This document shows positions 52,542-61,734 of a stretch of 64,000 bases of DNA, piece by piece. The translations under genes and the position numbers were made by a program. The first letter of the stretch is position 1; each line of letters starts with the position of its first letter. Source of the stretch: Candidatus Eremiobacteria bacterium (GTDB lineage Bacteria; Vulcanimicrobiota; Vulcanimicrobiia; Vulcanimicrobiales; Vulcanimicrobiaceae); assembly GCA_963758295.1 (NCBI GenBank), contig CAVWUU010000001.1:192001-256000 (forward strand), in the 5' to 3' direction. The notes beneath the pieces are model-generated. The model was not told the origin of the DNA. It saw nothing but the letters and a program-made list of their open reading frames with translations, and searched no databases.

Positions 52542-53665
52542 AGCGAATTAAGCCGTCCGTTATAGCGGGCCTCATTGCGTTTTTCGTTATCCTGATCGTC
52601 TCCCGGGGCCGCGCCACACCGTACAACAATTACGTGTTGCTCGCGCAGGCTCTGCTGCACGGGCATGCATGGATCGATTGGCCGGGCGCCTATATCGACG
52701 CGCTTGCGTATAACGGACAGCATTGGATCATCGAAGCGCCCATGCCGGCATTCCTATTGGTTCCCGTCGTAGCGATTCTCGGGACGGCAAATCAGACAAT
52801 GCTTGCGGTGGTGCTGGGCGCGGTATCGATCGGCGCTGCCTGGGAGCTGGGCGAGCGGTGGCAAGTTCCGCGCGCGCACGTCGCATGGATCGTCGCGTTT
52901 CTGCTTGCCGGAACCGATCTGTTGTGGTGCGCGATGCTTGGCGACGTGTGGTTCATCGCGCATGTCGCGTCTGTATGCTTCACGTTGCTCGCCTTAGTGG
53001 AGCTTGCGGGAAAGAAGCGCGGATGGCTCGTCGCGTTGTGGGCCGGTTGTGCGTTCGAGTCGCGTTTCACGCTCGTGCTGGCGGTGCCCGTTTACGCGTA
53101 CTTCCTGCAGAGCCGCCGTCAGCTCGCGCCGTTTGGCGCCGTCCTCGGTGCATTCGCGCTGTTTTGGATCGGCTACAACCTTGCGCGCTGGGGCACGTGG
53201 TACGACATCGGTTACACCACGTGGTACCACCAAGACCAGGTGGGTCTCCCGTACGGCTCGCCGTTCAAACTCCGCTATCTCGGCTACGAGCTCTATTCGT
53301 TTTTCGTCCAATGGCCACAGCGTTTGCCGGCATTTCCGTGGCTCGCGCCGTCGCTCGGCGGAGTGGCGATCACGTGGACTTCGCCGGCCTTACTTCTCGC
53401 GTTCTTCGCACGCCGCCCCGCAACGTGGGTGCTGCCGCTATGGATCCTCGCCGTTATCACGGCGTTGCCGAACTTCGTGTATTACGTCAACGGCTTCGCG
53501 CAGTTCGGCATGCGCCACGCGCTCGATTTCGAGCCGTATCTGGTTGCGTTGATGTTCCTCGCGGTGAGAGAAAAAATGCCGCGATGGAGTTACGTGCTTA
53601 TCGCTTACTCCATCGCGGTTGGTTTATGGGGCTGCTGGTATTGGAACGCCGTCGTGCGTCCCTAA
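52538..53665 (+). CDS. polytopic membrane protein, probable GT-C glycosyltransferase
   Basis: Multi-TM; YNLARWG and GFAQFGMRH loops; overlaps the DUF2723 gene by 4 bp. Confidence 0.55.
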   Translation: MKRIKPSVIAGLIAFFVILIVSRGRATPYNNYVLLAQALLHGHAWIDWPGAYIDALAYNGQHWIIEAPMPAFLLVPVVAILGTANQTMLAVVLGAVSIGAAWELGERWQVPRAHVAWIVAFLLAGTDLLWCAMLGDVWFIAHVASVCFTLLALVELAGKKRGWLVALWAGCAFESRFTLVLAVPVYAYFLQSRRQLAPFGAVLGAFALFWIGYNLARWGTWYDIGYTTWYHQDQVGLPYGSPFKLRYLGYELYSFFVQWPQRLPAFPWLAPSLGGVAITWTSPALLLAFFARRPATWVLPLWILAVITALPNFVYYVNGFAQFGMRHALDFEPYLVALMFLAVREKMPRWSYVLIAYSIAVGLWGCWYWNAVVRP

Positions 53666-53668
53666 GCT

Positions 53669-54079
53669 TTAATAGCTCGTCGCGCGCATCGGCAAACCGC
53701 CGATCGCCGGCCGCGGAGCATTCGGCGCCTGCGCGGGCTGCGGCGGCTGCGAGGCTTCCGTATCGGCCGAGTAGCGAAGTGCGAGCATGTAAGCGAGATA
53801 GTCATTGTAGGCTTCGCATTCGCCTTGAATCGTGAAGCAGCGGGCGATCCACATCGGCACCGTGACGAACAGTCCGACGCCGGTGAAGAGCGCGATCGTC
53901 ATGAGGATGCCACGCTTGAAGTTGCCCATATAGTACGATTCGCCGCCGACGACTCCGAGCAACGCGGCAAGGACGAGACCGACAAGCGGGTCCTTCGCTA
54001 GCTGGCGGTACTCGTACGCATACGCGCCTTGGCTTTCGGGGCGAACGTAGGCGAGCAGCATCTGGGCGTACGGTGTCAT
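53669..54079 (-). CDS. TM2/NINE domain membrane protein
   Basis: KDP.VG.VLA.LLG..G..YYMG...GIL motif; start set at 54079. Confidence 0.6.
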   Translation of the reverse strand: MTPYAQMLLAYVRPESQGAYAYEYRQLAKDPLVGLVLAALLGVVGGESYYMGNFKRGILMTIALFTGVGLFVTVPMWIARCFTIQGECEAYNDYLAYMLALRYSADTEASQPPQPAQAPNAPRPAIGGLPMRATSY

Positions 54080-54120
54080 TTTTTTGTCCTCCGTCCAAGC
54101 TACGATGGGGCCTCGAAATT

Positions 54121-54144
54121 GTTTCAAGCGCCCGGGCTGGGTAG
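54121..54144 (+). promoter_or_regulatory. putative SigB-type promoter
   Basis: GTTTCA-N12-GGGTAG, 10 bp before the PP2C start. Confidence 0.55.
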
Positions 54145-54154
54145 GAATTCCAGC

Positions 54155-54952
54155 GTGAGCTATGAGGAAAGAGAAACCGGTTCGGCCGAAGTGCGGGAGC
54201 ATCCCGGCAAGTACCCCGAGGCGGACGACCCCCTCGTTAACGCGGTCGCACGGTACGTCTTCGCACCGAAAGCGGAGCATATAGAAAATGTCGAGTATGC
54301 CATCGAGTACGAGCTAGCCGACCGCTATGCCGGTGGCGACGTGCTGGACGTGTACCGCTTTGACAACGGCAGCATCGCTTTTCTCGCAGCCGACGTCTCG
54401 GGGCGCGGAGCTCAAGCTGCGATGCGAGCCACCCTTCTCAAATTCGCATCGCGCGCCTATGCTTCGGCGGGCATGACGGCCGAAGCGGTGATGCAAAGCC
54501 TAGACCGCCTATACATAGAGAACAACGCGTTCGAGAACCGCGATTCCTTTGCCACGGTGTTCTTCGGGCATATCGATAACGCACGCAAAATTATGAATTA
54601 CTCCTCCGCCGCTCACGATCTGGCGATCCTCGTGAGTCCCGGCAAGGAGCCGGAATTTCTCCCTATAACTGCTCCGCTGCTCGGCTTTTTCGACCAACGC
54701 CGCAAGATGTTCCAGCATCGGTTCATTGACCTGGTGCCCGGCAGTGTCTTGGTAGTTGCAACTGACGGTATTACGGAATCGCGCAACGCCGATGGAGAGT
54801 TCTTTGGGGAAGAGCGGCTGCTTGACCTCATTCGTATAAAACGCGATGCGCCAATGAGCGAGCTGGCAAATGCGACTCTTGAATCCGCGCTCGGGTTTGC
54901 CGAAAATTCGGCGCGCGACGACATGGCTGTCATCGCCGTGAGGTTCTTATGA
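54155..54952 (+). CDS. PP2C-family (SpoIIE/RsbU-like) phosphatase, stand-alone
   Basis: GGD, ADVSG.G, TDGITES, FFGEERL and DDMAV motifs; GTG start at 54155. Confidence 0.85.
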   Translation: MSYEERETGSAEVREHPGKYPEADDPLVNAVARYVFAPKAEHIENVEYAIEYELADRYAGGDVLDVYRFDNGSIAFLAADVSGRGAQAAMRATLLKFASRAYASAGMTAEAVMQSLDRLYIENNAFENRDSFATVFFGHIDNARKIMNYSSAAHDLAILVSPGKEPEFLPITAPLLGFFDQRRKMFQHRFIDLVPGSVLVVATDGITESRNADGEFFGEERLLDLIRIKRDAPMSELANATLESALGFAENSARDDMAVIAVRFL

Positions 54953-56668
54953 GGCGACGCTCTCGTAGGCGGCCCGAATGTCGGCGGCTTCCGTAACGGG
55001 CGCCGCGCACACCGTTCCACGGCACACGTAGGCCGTAGCGTGCGTTGTCGCGTCTTCAGTTGCAACGCAGACGAACGCCGTCGGCAGGCGGAATGCCGTT
55101 TCTCGGAACTCGCTCGTCGCCGTAACGCTGCCCGAGAGCTTTACGCTGATTTCAGGTGAGAGGTACCGCGCGAGAGCGCGCGCATAAGTCGCTGAGAATT
55201 GTCCCGCATTCTGATGCGTGCGCGCATATAGCGCTAACGTCGCGGCCGCATGATCGCGATACGTGTTGTCTCCCGTCAGCGTCGCGAGACGCAGCAGCGA
55301 TTCGGCCACGATGCCGTTCTCCACGATCGGCCGGTCTGCGAGCTCGAGTCTTCCGATGGTTGCTTCTGTACCGGCGTGATCGGTAAAACCGCCGTCGGCA
55401 GCGGCAAAATGCCGGATGACGCGTCCGGCATGCGCCTGCGCCCGTTCCAGGAACCGGGGCTCGCCCGTGTGCTCGTGGACATCGATAAGCGCGCGAAGGT
55501 ATGCCGCTTGATCGGCGAGCAACCCGCGAATTCGCGGCGTCTCGCCCGGTGCAACGACGTGAAAGAGCAACCCGTCTTGGTCCGAGACTTCCTCGTGCAA
55601 TACATCGAGCGTCTCTATCGCTTCGCGCGCAAGCGCGTCGTCATCAAGCGCCGTAGACGCCCACGCGAACGCGCCGGCCAGCGCGGCCGTCCAATTGCTG
55701 TACGAGCGCGGATCCACGTACGGGCGAGAACGCCCTGCACGCGACTCTAAGTCGAGCGCGAAGTACTCTTCGTCGGCATCTTGGCTTCCCGAAAACAGCT
55801 TCGTTTTCGGGTTTCGCAGCGTCGTGCGGACGTACCTGAGCGCCGATTGCAGCGTTACGCGCCAATCGTTGTTCGGCGTCCACGTCTGCAGTTGGGCGAG
55901 CACGCGCAATAGTCCGGCGTGATCTTCGCTCATCTTCTCGAAGTGCGGAACGGACCAATCACGCGTCGTCGAGTAGCGGAAGAACCCGCCCTCGACGCGA
56001 TCGTACATGCCGCCGCGAGCCATCTCGAGCATCGTTCGCGCGACCATTTCGTAAAAGTGCGGATCGCCTTGGGCGCGCCACCAGGTTAGTAAAAAATCCA
56101 GCACCTCGGGTTGCGGGAACTTCGGCGCGTTCCCGAACCCGCCGAATTCGCCGTCGTACCCATCGGCGATCGACCGCGCGACGTCCGACACCATGGCGGC
56201 GTTGAGATCTTCGCGAGGCGCCGGTTCGATTTCGGCCTTGCGGCCGCGCATCTCGGCGGTTTGCGTTTCGATCTGTGATCGATTTTCGCGGTAAAAACGC
56301 GACACTTCGCCGAGGGCGCGGTTCATCTGCTCGGGCGGCAGATACGTGAAGCCCGTAATAATCGATCCATCTGGCGTCAGGAACGCCGTCGTGGGCCAGC
56401 CGCCCATGTTGTAGCGTGAATTGACGTCGGGGCGTTCGTCATTGTCGACGCGTACCGCGACGTAGTCGCGATTGATCGATTCGATCACCGACGGATCGGA
56501 ATAGCTGGTTTCATCCATAACATGGCACCAGTGGCACCACACTGCGGAAATGCCGAGCAAGACGGGTTTCGACTCCGCCGATGCACGCGCAAAGGCATCA
56601 TCGCTCCATGGTTGCCAGTCGATTTCGGCGGCGCGGTTTGCGCGCGGTGAAAAATGAAAATCAGCCAT
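54947..56668 (-). CDS. thioredoxin-domain protein, YyaL/DUF255 family
   Basis: WCHWCHVM, GGWP, GGFG.APKFP, GGFFRYS and VPHFEKM motifs; start set at 56668. Confidence 0.9.
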   Translation of the reverse strand: MADFHFSPRANRAAEIDWQPWSDDAFARASAESKPVLLGISAVWCHWCHVMDETSYSDPSVIESINRDYVAVRVDNDERPDVNSRYNMGGWPTTAFLTPDGSIITGFTYLPPEQMNRALGEVSRFYRENRSQIETQTAEMRGRKAEIEPAPREDLNAAMVSDVARSIADGYDGEFGGFGNAPKFPQPEVLDFLLTWWRAQGDPHFYEMVARTMLEMARGGMYDRVEGGFFRYSTTRDWSVPHFEKMSEDHAGLLRVLAQLQTWTPNNDWRVTLQSALRYVRTTLRNPKTKLFSGSQDADEEYFALDLESRAGRSRPYVDPRSYSNWTAALAGAFAWASTALDDDALAREAIETLDVLHEEVSDQDGLLFHVVAPGETPRIRGLLADQAAYLRALIDVHEHTGEPRFLERAQAHAGRVIRHFAAADGGFTDHAGTEATIGRLELADRPIVENGIVAESLLRLATLTGDNTYRDHAAATLALYARTHQNAGQFSATYARALARYLSPEISVKLSGSVTATSEFRETAFRLPTAFVCVATEDATTHATAYVCRGTVCAAPVTEAADIRAAYESVAS

Positions 56669-56942
56669 CGTCTTCGTGAGCGCCTCGCAGGAACGACGTA
56701 AGATAAAAGATCGCCACGAGGACGAAAGCGGTGAACGCGGCGATCTCGATTTGCAATTTGAATACCCATGCGGCCGCAAAAACTCCCGCGAACATAAGCC
56801 CCGCAATCGCGTACGATCGATGCGTCCGCGCCGTCATGCCGTACACCTGGGTGTCAAAAAAACCGCCTGGTACCCGGCTCCGGCTGTAAGCAAACGCACC
56901 CAAGAGCAACGAACCTAAAAATCCTATGACGGCCCAAGCCAT
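56661..56942 (-). CDS. hypothetical membrane protein
   Basis: 93-aa three-TM ORF overlapping the YyaL start. Confidence 0.6.
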   Translation of the reverse strand: MAWAVIGFLGSLLLGAFAYSRSRVPGGFFDTQVYGMTARTHRSYAIAGLMFAGVFAAAWVFKLQIEIAAFTAFVLVAIFYLTSFLRGAHEDDG

Positions 56943-56966
56943 ACGGGTCGCTTCGCGGGGGAGCGG

Positions 56967-56992
56967 GTTTGCGCTTGCGGACGGACGGGAAA
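56967..56992 (+). promoter_or_regulatory. putative SigB-type promoter
   Basis: GTTTGC-N14-GGGAAA, 40 bp upstream of the small-protein/ligD operon. Confidence 0.55.
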
Positions 56993-57032
56993 AAAACAGG
57001 CGCTTATAGCGAGTAAGGGAGGCACCAAACTA

Positions 57033-57290
57033 ATGAGTGATCAGGGACCTGTGATCGTAAAGGACGATAGCGGCGGCAGCGGTGCCGCGATCGGCATCAC
57101 GCTGGTCGTTATCGTCGCGATCTTGATTGCGCTGTTCGCTTGGCACCCGTGGTCGACGACCTCGTATTCGACGACACATAACTCGACCGTCACGCAGCCG
57201 AATTCCAACGGCAACGGCAGCTCGACCAACGGATCGTCCACGACAAACTCGTCCACGACCACAAACAATAACGGCGGGGGAGGACACTAA
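57033..57290 (+). CDS. small single-TM protein with Ser/Thr/Asn-rich tail
   Basis: Strong GGAGG RBS; one TM then low-complexity S/T/N. Confidence 0.7.
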   Translation: MSDQGPVIVKDDSGGSGAAIGITLVVIVAILIALFAWHPWSTTSYSTTHNSTVTQPNSNGNGSSTNGSSTTNSSTTTNNNGGGGH

Positions 57291-57292
57291 CG

Positions 57293-57451
57293 ATGGGCGG
57301 TCTGCTTTGGGCCATTATCGTGATCTTGTTCATCTTCTGGCTGCTGGGCTTGTCGTTCCACCTGTTGGGCGGATTCATCCACATCGTGCTGGTCATCGCG
57401 GTCATTCTGTTGATCGTGAACCTGTTGACCGGCCGAGGCGCAAGAGTGTAA
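57293..57451 (+). CDS. lmo0937-family (DUF5670) small membrane protein
   Basis: 52 aa MGGLLWAIIVILFIFWLLG...GGFIHIVLVIAV...GR; GGAGG RBS; not in the ORF track. Confidence 0.8.
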   Translation: MGGLLWAIIVILFIFWLLGLSFHLLGGFIHIVLVIAVILLIVNLLTGRGARV

Positions 57452-57462
57452 GACTCGGCTAG

Positions 57463-59067
57463 ATGCCGAGAAAAACAAACGGCGGAGCGAGCCGGAAGAC
57501 CGGTTCGCTCGCCACCTACAATAAGAAACGCGATTTCGCGATAACCCCCGAGCCGAGCGGACGCAAGGCCAAGGAAGCCGCGAAATTGCGTTTCGTCATT
57601 CAGAAACATGACGCGACGCGGCTTCACTACGATTTTCGTTTAGAAGCCGGTGGCGTTCTGGCATCATGGGCGGTGCCTAAAGGTCCGACGCTGGTCCCGG
57701 GTGAGCGTCGCCTCGCAATGCACGTCGAGGATCACCCGATGGACTACCGCGATTTCGAAGGCGTGATTCCGGCGGGGCAGTATGGGGCCGGCGAAGTCAT
57801 CGTGTGGGACAACGGCACCTACGAATTGGCCGAAGGGACGAACCCGGTCAAAGAAATCGCCAATGGGAAAATCAAGTTCATCATGTACGGCGAGAAGCTG
57901 CACGGCATGTTCACCCTCGTGCGCATGAAGCCGAAAGAGGGCGAAAGCGGCGATCCATGGCTGCTGCTCAAGGATCACGACGGCGACGACCCCAAGACGT
58001 GGGACGTCAACGACTATCCGCAATCGGTGAAGACCGGACGCACGTTGGACGACATTCGCAACGATCCCAAAGCCAAGAAATGGCAGTCGAAAGCGAAGAA
58101 GAAGACGGCGGAGCCAAAAGCGCACGCTCGCGTGAAAGCCGACCCGCTTCCGAACGTGAAGTCGGTCGAACTCGCAACGACGATCGATGAACCGTTCGAT
58201 GATGACGCATGGCTTTTTGAAATCAAGTGGGACGGCTATCGTGCGCTCTGTACCATTGACGAGCGAGGCCACCTCTCGCTGGTTTCGCGCAACGGCCTTG
58301 ATTTGCTCAAACAGTTCCCCGACATGGAGGGCCTGGCCGACGCGTTCGCCAGCGTTCCGATCATGGTCGATGGTGAAATCGTCAGCTTAGACGAAAGCGG
58401 CCGCTCGGATTTTCAACGCCTTCAAGAGTACGCGCAGCAGCGCCATCCACTAACATTTGCGGCTTTCGATTTGCTTTACGCGGACGGGCGCGATCAGCGT
58501 AAGGCGCCCTTGGAAGAACGAAAGGCATTGCTGGAGCGATTGATTCAAAGCGACGACGGGCTGGTGCTGTACTCCAAGCACGTCGTCGGGCGCGGCAACG
58601 CGCTCTTCGAACAAGCGCAAACCAATAACCTCGAAGGCATCATCGGCAAGAAGCGCGAGTCGCCATACCTCGAACGGCGCACGCGGGACTGGGTGAAGAT
58701 CAAAGCGCAACTCGAGGACGAGTTTATCATCGGCGGCTGGACCGATCCGCGCGGCAGCCGCAAAGGCTTCGGTTCGTTGCTGCTCGGTGCGTACGACGGA
58801 AAACAGCTGCGCTACGTCGGCCACGTCGGCACGGGCTTTTCGCAAAAACTGCTGGCCGAAATCACGCAGAAGCTCAAGAGCCTCGAACGCGAGAAGTCGC
58901 CGTTCTCCACACCGGTCGAGGCGAACACTAAAGCGCATTGGGTGGACCCGAAGCTCGTGGCGCAGGTGCGTTATACCGAAAGAACGCGCGACGGCTTTCT
59001 TCGCCATCCGGCGTTTCTTGGGCTGCGCATCGATAAGGATGCAAAAGATGTCCGCTTCGAAGGTTGA
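57463..59067 (+). CDS. ligD: NHEJ DNA ligase D (phosphoesterase + ligase domains)
   Basis: FVIQKHDATRLHYDFRLE, SWAVPKGP, EIKWDGYR, EGIIGK and WVKIK motifs. Confidence 0.92.
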   Translation: MPRKTNGGASRKTGSLATYNKKRDFAITPEPSGRKAKEAAKLRFVIQKHDATRLHYDFRLEAGGVLASWAVPKGPTLVPGERRLAMHVEDHPMDYRDFEGVIPAGQYGAGEVIVWDNGTYELAEGTNPVKEIANGKIKFIMYGEKLHGMFTLVRMKPKEGESGDPWLLLKDHDGDDPKTWDVNDYPQSVKTGRTLDDIRNDPKAKKWQSKAKKKTAEPKAHARVKADPLPNVKSVELATTIDEPFDDDAWLFEIKWDGYRALCTIDERGHLSLVSRNGLDLLKQFPDMEGLADAFASVPIMVDGEIVSLDESGRSDFQRLQEYAQQRHPLTFAAFDLLYADGRDQRKAPLEERKALLERLIQSDDGLVLYSKHVVGRGNALFEQAQTNNLEGIIGKKRESPYLERRTRDWVKIKAQLEDEFIIGGWTDPRGSRKGFGSLLLGAYDGKQLRYVGHVGTGFSQKLLAEITQKLKSLEREKSPFSTPVEANTKAHWVDPKLVAQVRYTERTRDGFLRHPAFLGLRIDKDAKDVRFEG

Positions 59068-60004
59068 AGTGAACGTCGACGGACGCACTCTGAATCTATC
59101 GAATCAGGACAAAGTCTTGTTTCCTCGCGACGGCTACACCAAAGGCGATTTGGTGCGCTACTACCGTGACGTAGCGCCGTTCATTCTTCCCCACCTGCGC
59201 GATATTCCGCTCACGCTTCAACGCTATCCCGACGGCGTCGACGCGCAATCGTTCTTCGAAAAACATCTTCCGCGCGGCCTTCCGTCGTGGGTACCGACGG
59301 TGCCCGTTTCCAGCCCCGGCGGCCGTCGCGAAACCACGCAGTACATGGTTTGCAACGATGAAGCGACGTTGACGTTCGTGGCCAATCTCGCATCGATCGT
59401 GCTGCACGTTTGGACATCGCACCTCAAAACGATCGAAGAGCCCGACTACGTGTTCTTCGATTTGGATCCCGGCGAAGAGTGCACCTTAAAAACGCTGGCC
59501 GGCGTCGCATTGGAGATGCGCGATCTGCTTGCAGAAATCGGGATCACCTCGTTGACGAAGACGTCGGGCGGAATGGGCCTGCACGTCGTGGTCCCGCTCG
59601 CCGCCGGCTATGGTTACGACGCGGCGAAAATCTTCGCTGAAGCGGTGGCCAAGCATTTGGCGCAAGCCGATCCGAAACGCGTTACGCTCGACCGGTCGCT
59701 GAAGTCGCGCGATCAATCGGCCGTCTATCTGGACTATTTGCAAGTCGGGCGCGGAAAGACGATCGTTAGCACCTATTCAGTGCGGGCGCGTGACGGTGCT
59801 CCGGTTTCTACGCCGCTGGACTGGTCGGAAGTCGAGGCGTTTGCAAAAAAACGGGGCGCGCCGTGGGATGCTTTTGCGAAGTTCAATATCAAAACGACCC
59901 CCACGCGGCTGAAAGCCGACGGCGATCTTTGGAGCGGGAAAGCATGGAAGAAACAGCGCTTGGAACCGGCGATTAAACGGGCGCAGAAGGCGTGGCCCGC
60001 GTGA
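59048..60004 (+). CDS. stand-alone LigD primase-polymerase domain protein
   Basis: RYPDGV...FFEKH, FDLDP, KTSGG.GLH and YSVRAR.GAPVSTP motifs; start set at 59048. Confidence 0.9.
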   Translation: MSASKVEVNVDGRTLNLSNQDKVLFPRDGYTKGDLVRYYRDVAPFILPHLRDIPLTLQRYPDGVDAQSFFEKHLPRGLPSWVPTVPVSSPGGRRETTQYMVCNDEATLTFVANLASIVLHVWTSHLKTIEEPDYVFFDLDPGEECTLKTLAGVALEMRDLLAEIGITSLTKTSGGMGLHVVVPLAAGYGYDAAKIFAEAVAKHLAQADPKRVTLDRSLKSRDQSAVYLDYLQVGRGKTIVSTYSVRARDGAPVSTPLDWSEVEAFAKKRGAPWDAFAKFNIKTTPTRLKADGDLWSGKAWKKQRLEPAIKRAQKAWPA

Positions 60005-60093
60005 ACCACAATATCTAGTAGCGCTCGCTCGGGCTGCCCCACGAAATAGGGTGGCTAGCCGAACGCCAGTACGCTGGGTATGATAGACCAGCT

Positions 60094-60951
60094 ATGGCGC
60101 ATTCGATTTGGTCCGGTGCAATCAACTTCGGCCTCGTAACGATTCCCGTAAAACTCTTCACCGCCGTCCGCAGCGACGAGCTTTCGTTCAACATGCTGCA
60201 TGCTAAAGACGAAGGGCGTATCAAATACGAACGCGTGTGCTCCGTGGACGGGAAGCCCGTTCCGTGGGACGAGATCGTCAAAGGTTACGAGTACGAAAAA
60301 GGCCAGTACGTCGTCCTTACCGATGACGACTTCAAGAAAGTCAATCCCGAAGCGACGCAGTCCGTCGACATTCTCGAGTTCGTCGATCTCGACAAAATCA
60401 ACCCAATGTACTTCGACAAGCCGTACTATTTGGAGCCGAGCAAACAGGGGCGCCATGCCTATGCGTTGCTGCGCCAAGCGCTGCTCCAGGCCAATAAAGT
60501 CGCTATTGCGCGCGTGGTGATTCGAACCAAGGAATACATCGCCGCCGTTAAGCCGTCCGAAGAAGCGCTCGTGCTGGAACTTATGCATTGGGCGAATGAA
60601 ATCGTCGAGCCGTCGTCGCTTGATCTTCCGGGTCACGAGAAGTTGCCTGAAGCGGAAATGAAAATGGCGAAGATGCTCATCGACACGATGAGCGTGGACG
60701 AGTTCGAACCCGAGAAATTTACGAACAGTTACCACGATGAGTTGCTTGCGATGATCGACGCCCGCGCGCAAGGCAAAGAACTGCCGAAGGCCAAGAAGGC
60801 CCCGGCGCGCGCGAAAGTCGTCAATCTCATGGACGTGCTCGCGCAGAGCCTCGAAGAAAGCAAAAAGCGCCGGGCCACCAACGGCCGCAGCGCTTCTTCC
60901 GAGAAGCCGGAAAAGAAGACCACTCACAAGCGCAAGAAGTCTGCGGCCTAA
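60094..60951 (+). CDS. ku: Ku NHEJ end-binding protein
   Basis: IWSGAINFGLV.IPVKL, VKGYEY and YYLEP motifs; basic C-terminal tail. Confidence 0.95.
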   Translation: MAHSIWSGAINFGLVTIPVKLFTAVRSDELSFNMLHAKDEGRIKYERVCSVDGKPVPWDEIVKGYEYEKGQYVVLTDDDFKKVNPEATQSVDILEFVDLDKINPMYFDKPYYLEPSKQGRHAYALLRQALLQANKVAIARVVIRTKEYIAAVKPSEEALVLELMHWANEIVEPSSLDLPGHEKLPEAEMKMAKMLIDTMSVDEFEPEKFTNSYHDELLAMIDARAQGKELPKAKKAPARAKVVNLMDVLAQSLEESKKRRATNGRSASSEKPEKKTTHKRKKSAA

Positions 60952-60959
60952 TCCCCGGC

Positions 60960-61652
60960 TTATGCCGTCGCGTACCGCGGTGCGCCGGCGGTCTGGCGCA
61001 TTTGCGCAAAAACAATGACGTGGCCAATGAAAAACAGCGGAACGAGGAATACGGGAATCAACGACCACGGCAGCATCGTAATTGCGGCAGACCCGGGGCC
61101 CGCATGAATGAGTTGAATCGGCGAACCGTTGGCCGACGTTATGCCGAGTGCCACGGCGATCACGAGATCTAAAAGCCCAAAGGCGTTCCAAAGAATCAAG
61201 CGTGAGTCGCCACGCGCGAGATTCGGCTCGCGAAGCACGAGCGGAATCGCCCCGATGCCAACGATAACGTCTCCGATACCGGCAAAGAACGGAAACGGAC
61301 CACCCAGTTGGCCGGCATAGACCAGCGCCACAAACAGAAAGCCGATCGCACGAAAAACGTTCATGCCGAGGATGGCGCGCCGGGGAACGGCGAGCAGACG
61401 TCCGCGTGCGTCGCGAACGGTGGCCGCAAGAATTGCGGCGACGATAAACGGAACTGCGAAAAGCGCAAGTAGCACCGGCAAATCAGCGATTGCCCCCGAG
61501 ACCGTCGCGTCGACGAGGACGCCGATCCATGCGCCGGCTAGGGCGCCGAAGAGCACTTGCGCGAGCCGGCGTGCGAACAGGGCGCTTGAAAGGGTGACGA
61601 TCATCGCGCACACCGTCGCGAAGACCAGTACGTTGCCTAGAAGCTGAAGCAT
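60960..61652 (-). CDS. hypothetical membrane protein
   Basis: Multi-TM; FR.IG..F, AGIGD, WN.FGLLDL and P..LIP.F.VP motifs; RBS AAGGAGG; start set at 61652. Confidence 0.7.
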   Translation of the reverse strand: MLQLLGNVLVFATVCAMIVTLSSALFARRLAQVLFGALAGAWIGVLVDATVSGAIADLPVLLALFAVPFIVAAILAATVRDARGRLLAVPRRAILGMNVFRAIGFLFVALVYAGQLGGPFPFFAGIGDVIVGIGAIPLVLREPNLARGDSRLILWNAFGLLDLVIAVALGITSANGSPIQLIHAGPGSAAITMLPWSLIPVFLVPLFFIGHVIVFAQMRQTAGAPRYATA

Positions 61653-61668
61653 CGAGTTTCCCTCCTTA

Positions 61669-61721
61669 TGACTTTCATCATGCAAGTAAGTGTACTCCAT
61701 TGACTTCTATCATGCAAGTCA
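61669..61721. promoter_or_regulatory. two palindromic operators TGACTT-N9-AAGT(C/A)A
   Basis: TGACTTTCATCATGCAAGTAA (61669-61689) and TGACTTCTATCATGCAAGTCA (61701-61721); the second overlaps TTGACT-N17-TATGGT. Confidence 0.7.
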
Positions 61722-61734
61722 CTATGGTAATGGT

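Noticed and set aside
60050..60084. SigB promoter for ku (GGGTAT at 60076)
   Set aside because: No GTTT-like -35 at the right spacing; the overlapping TATGAT fits a SigA-type -10 equally well
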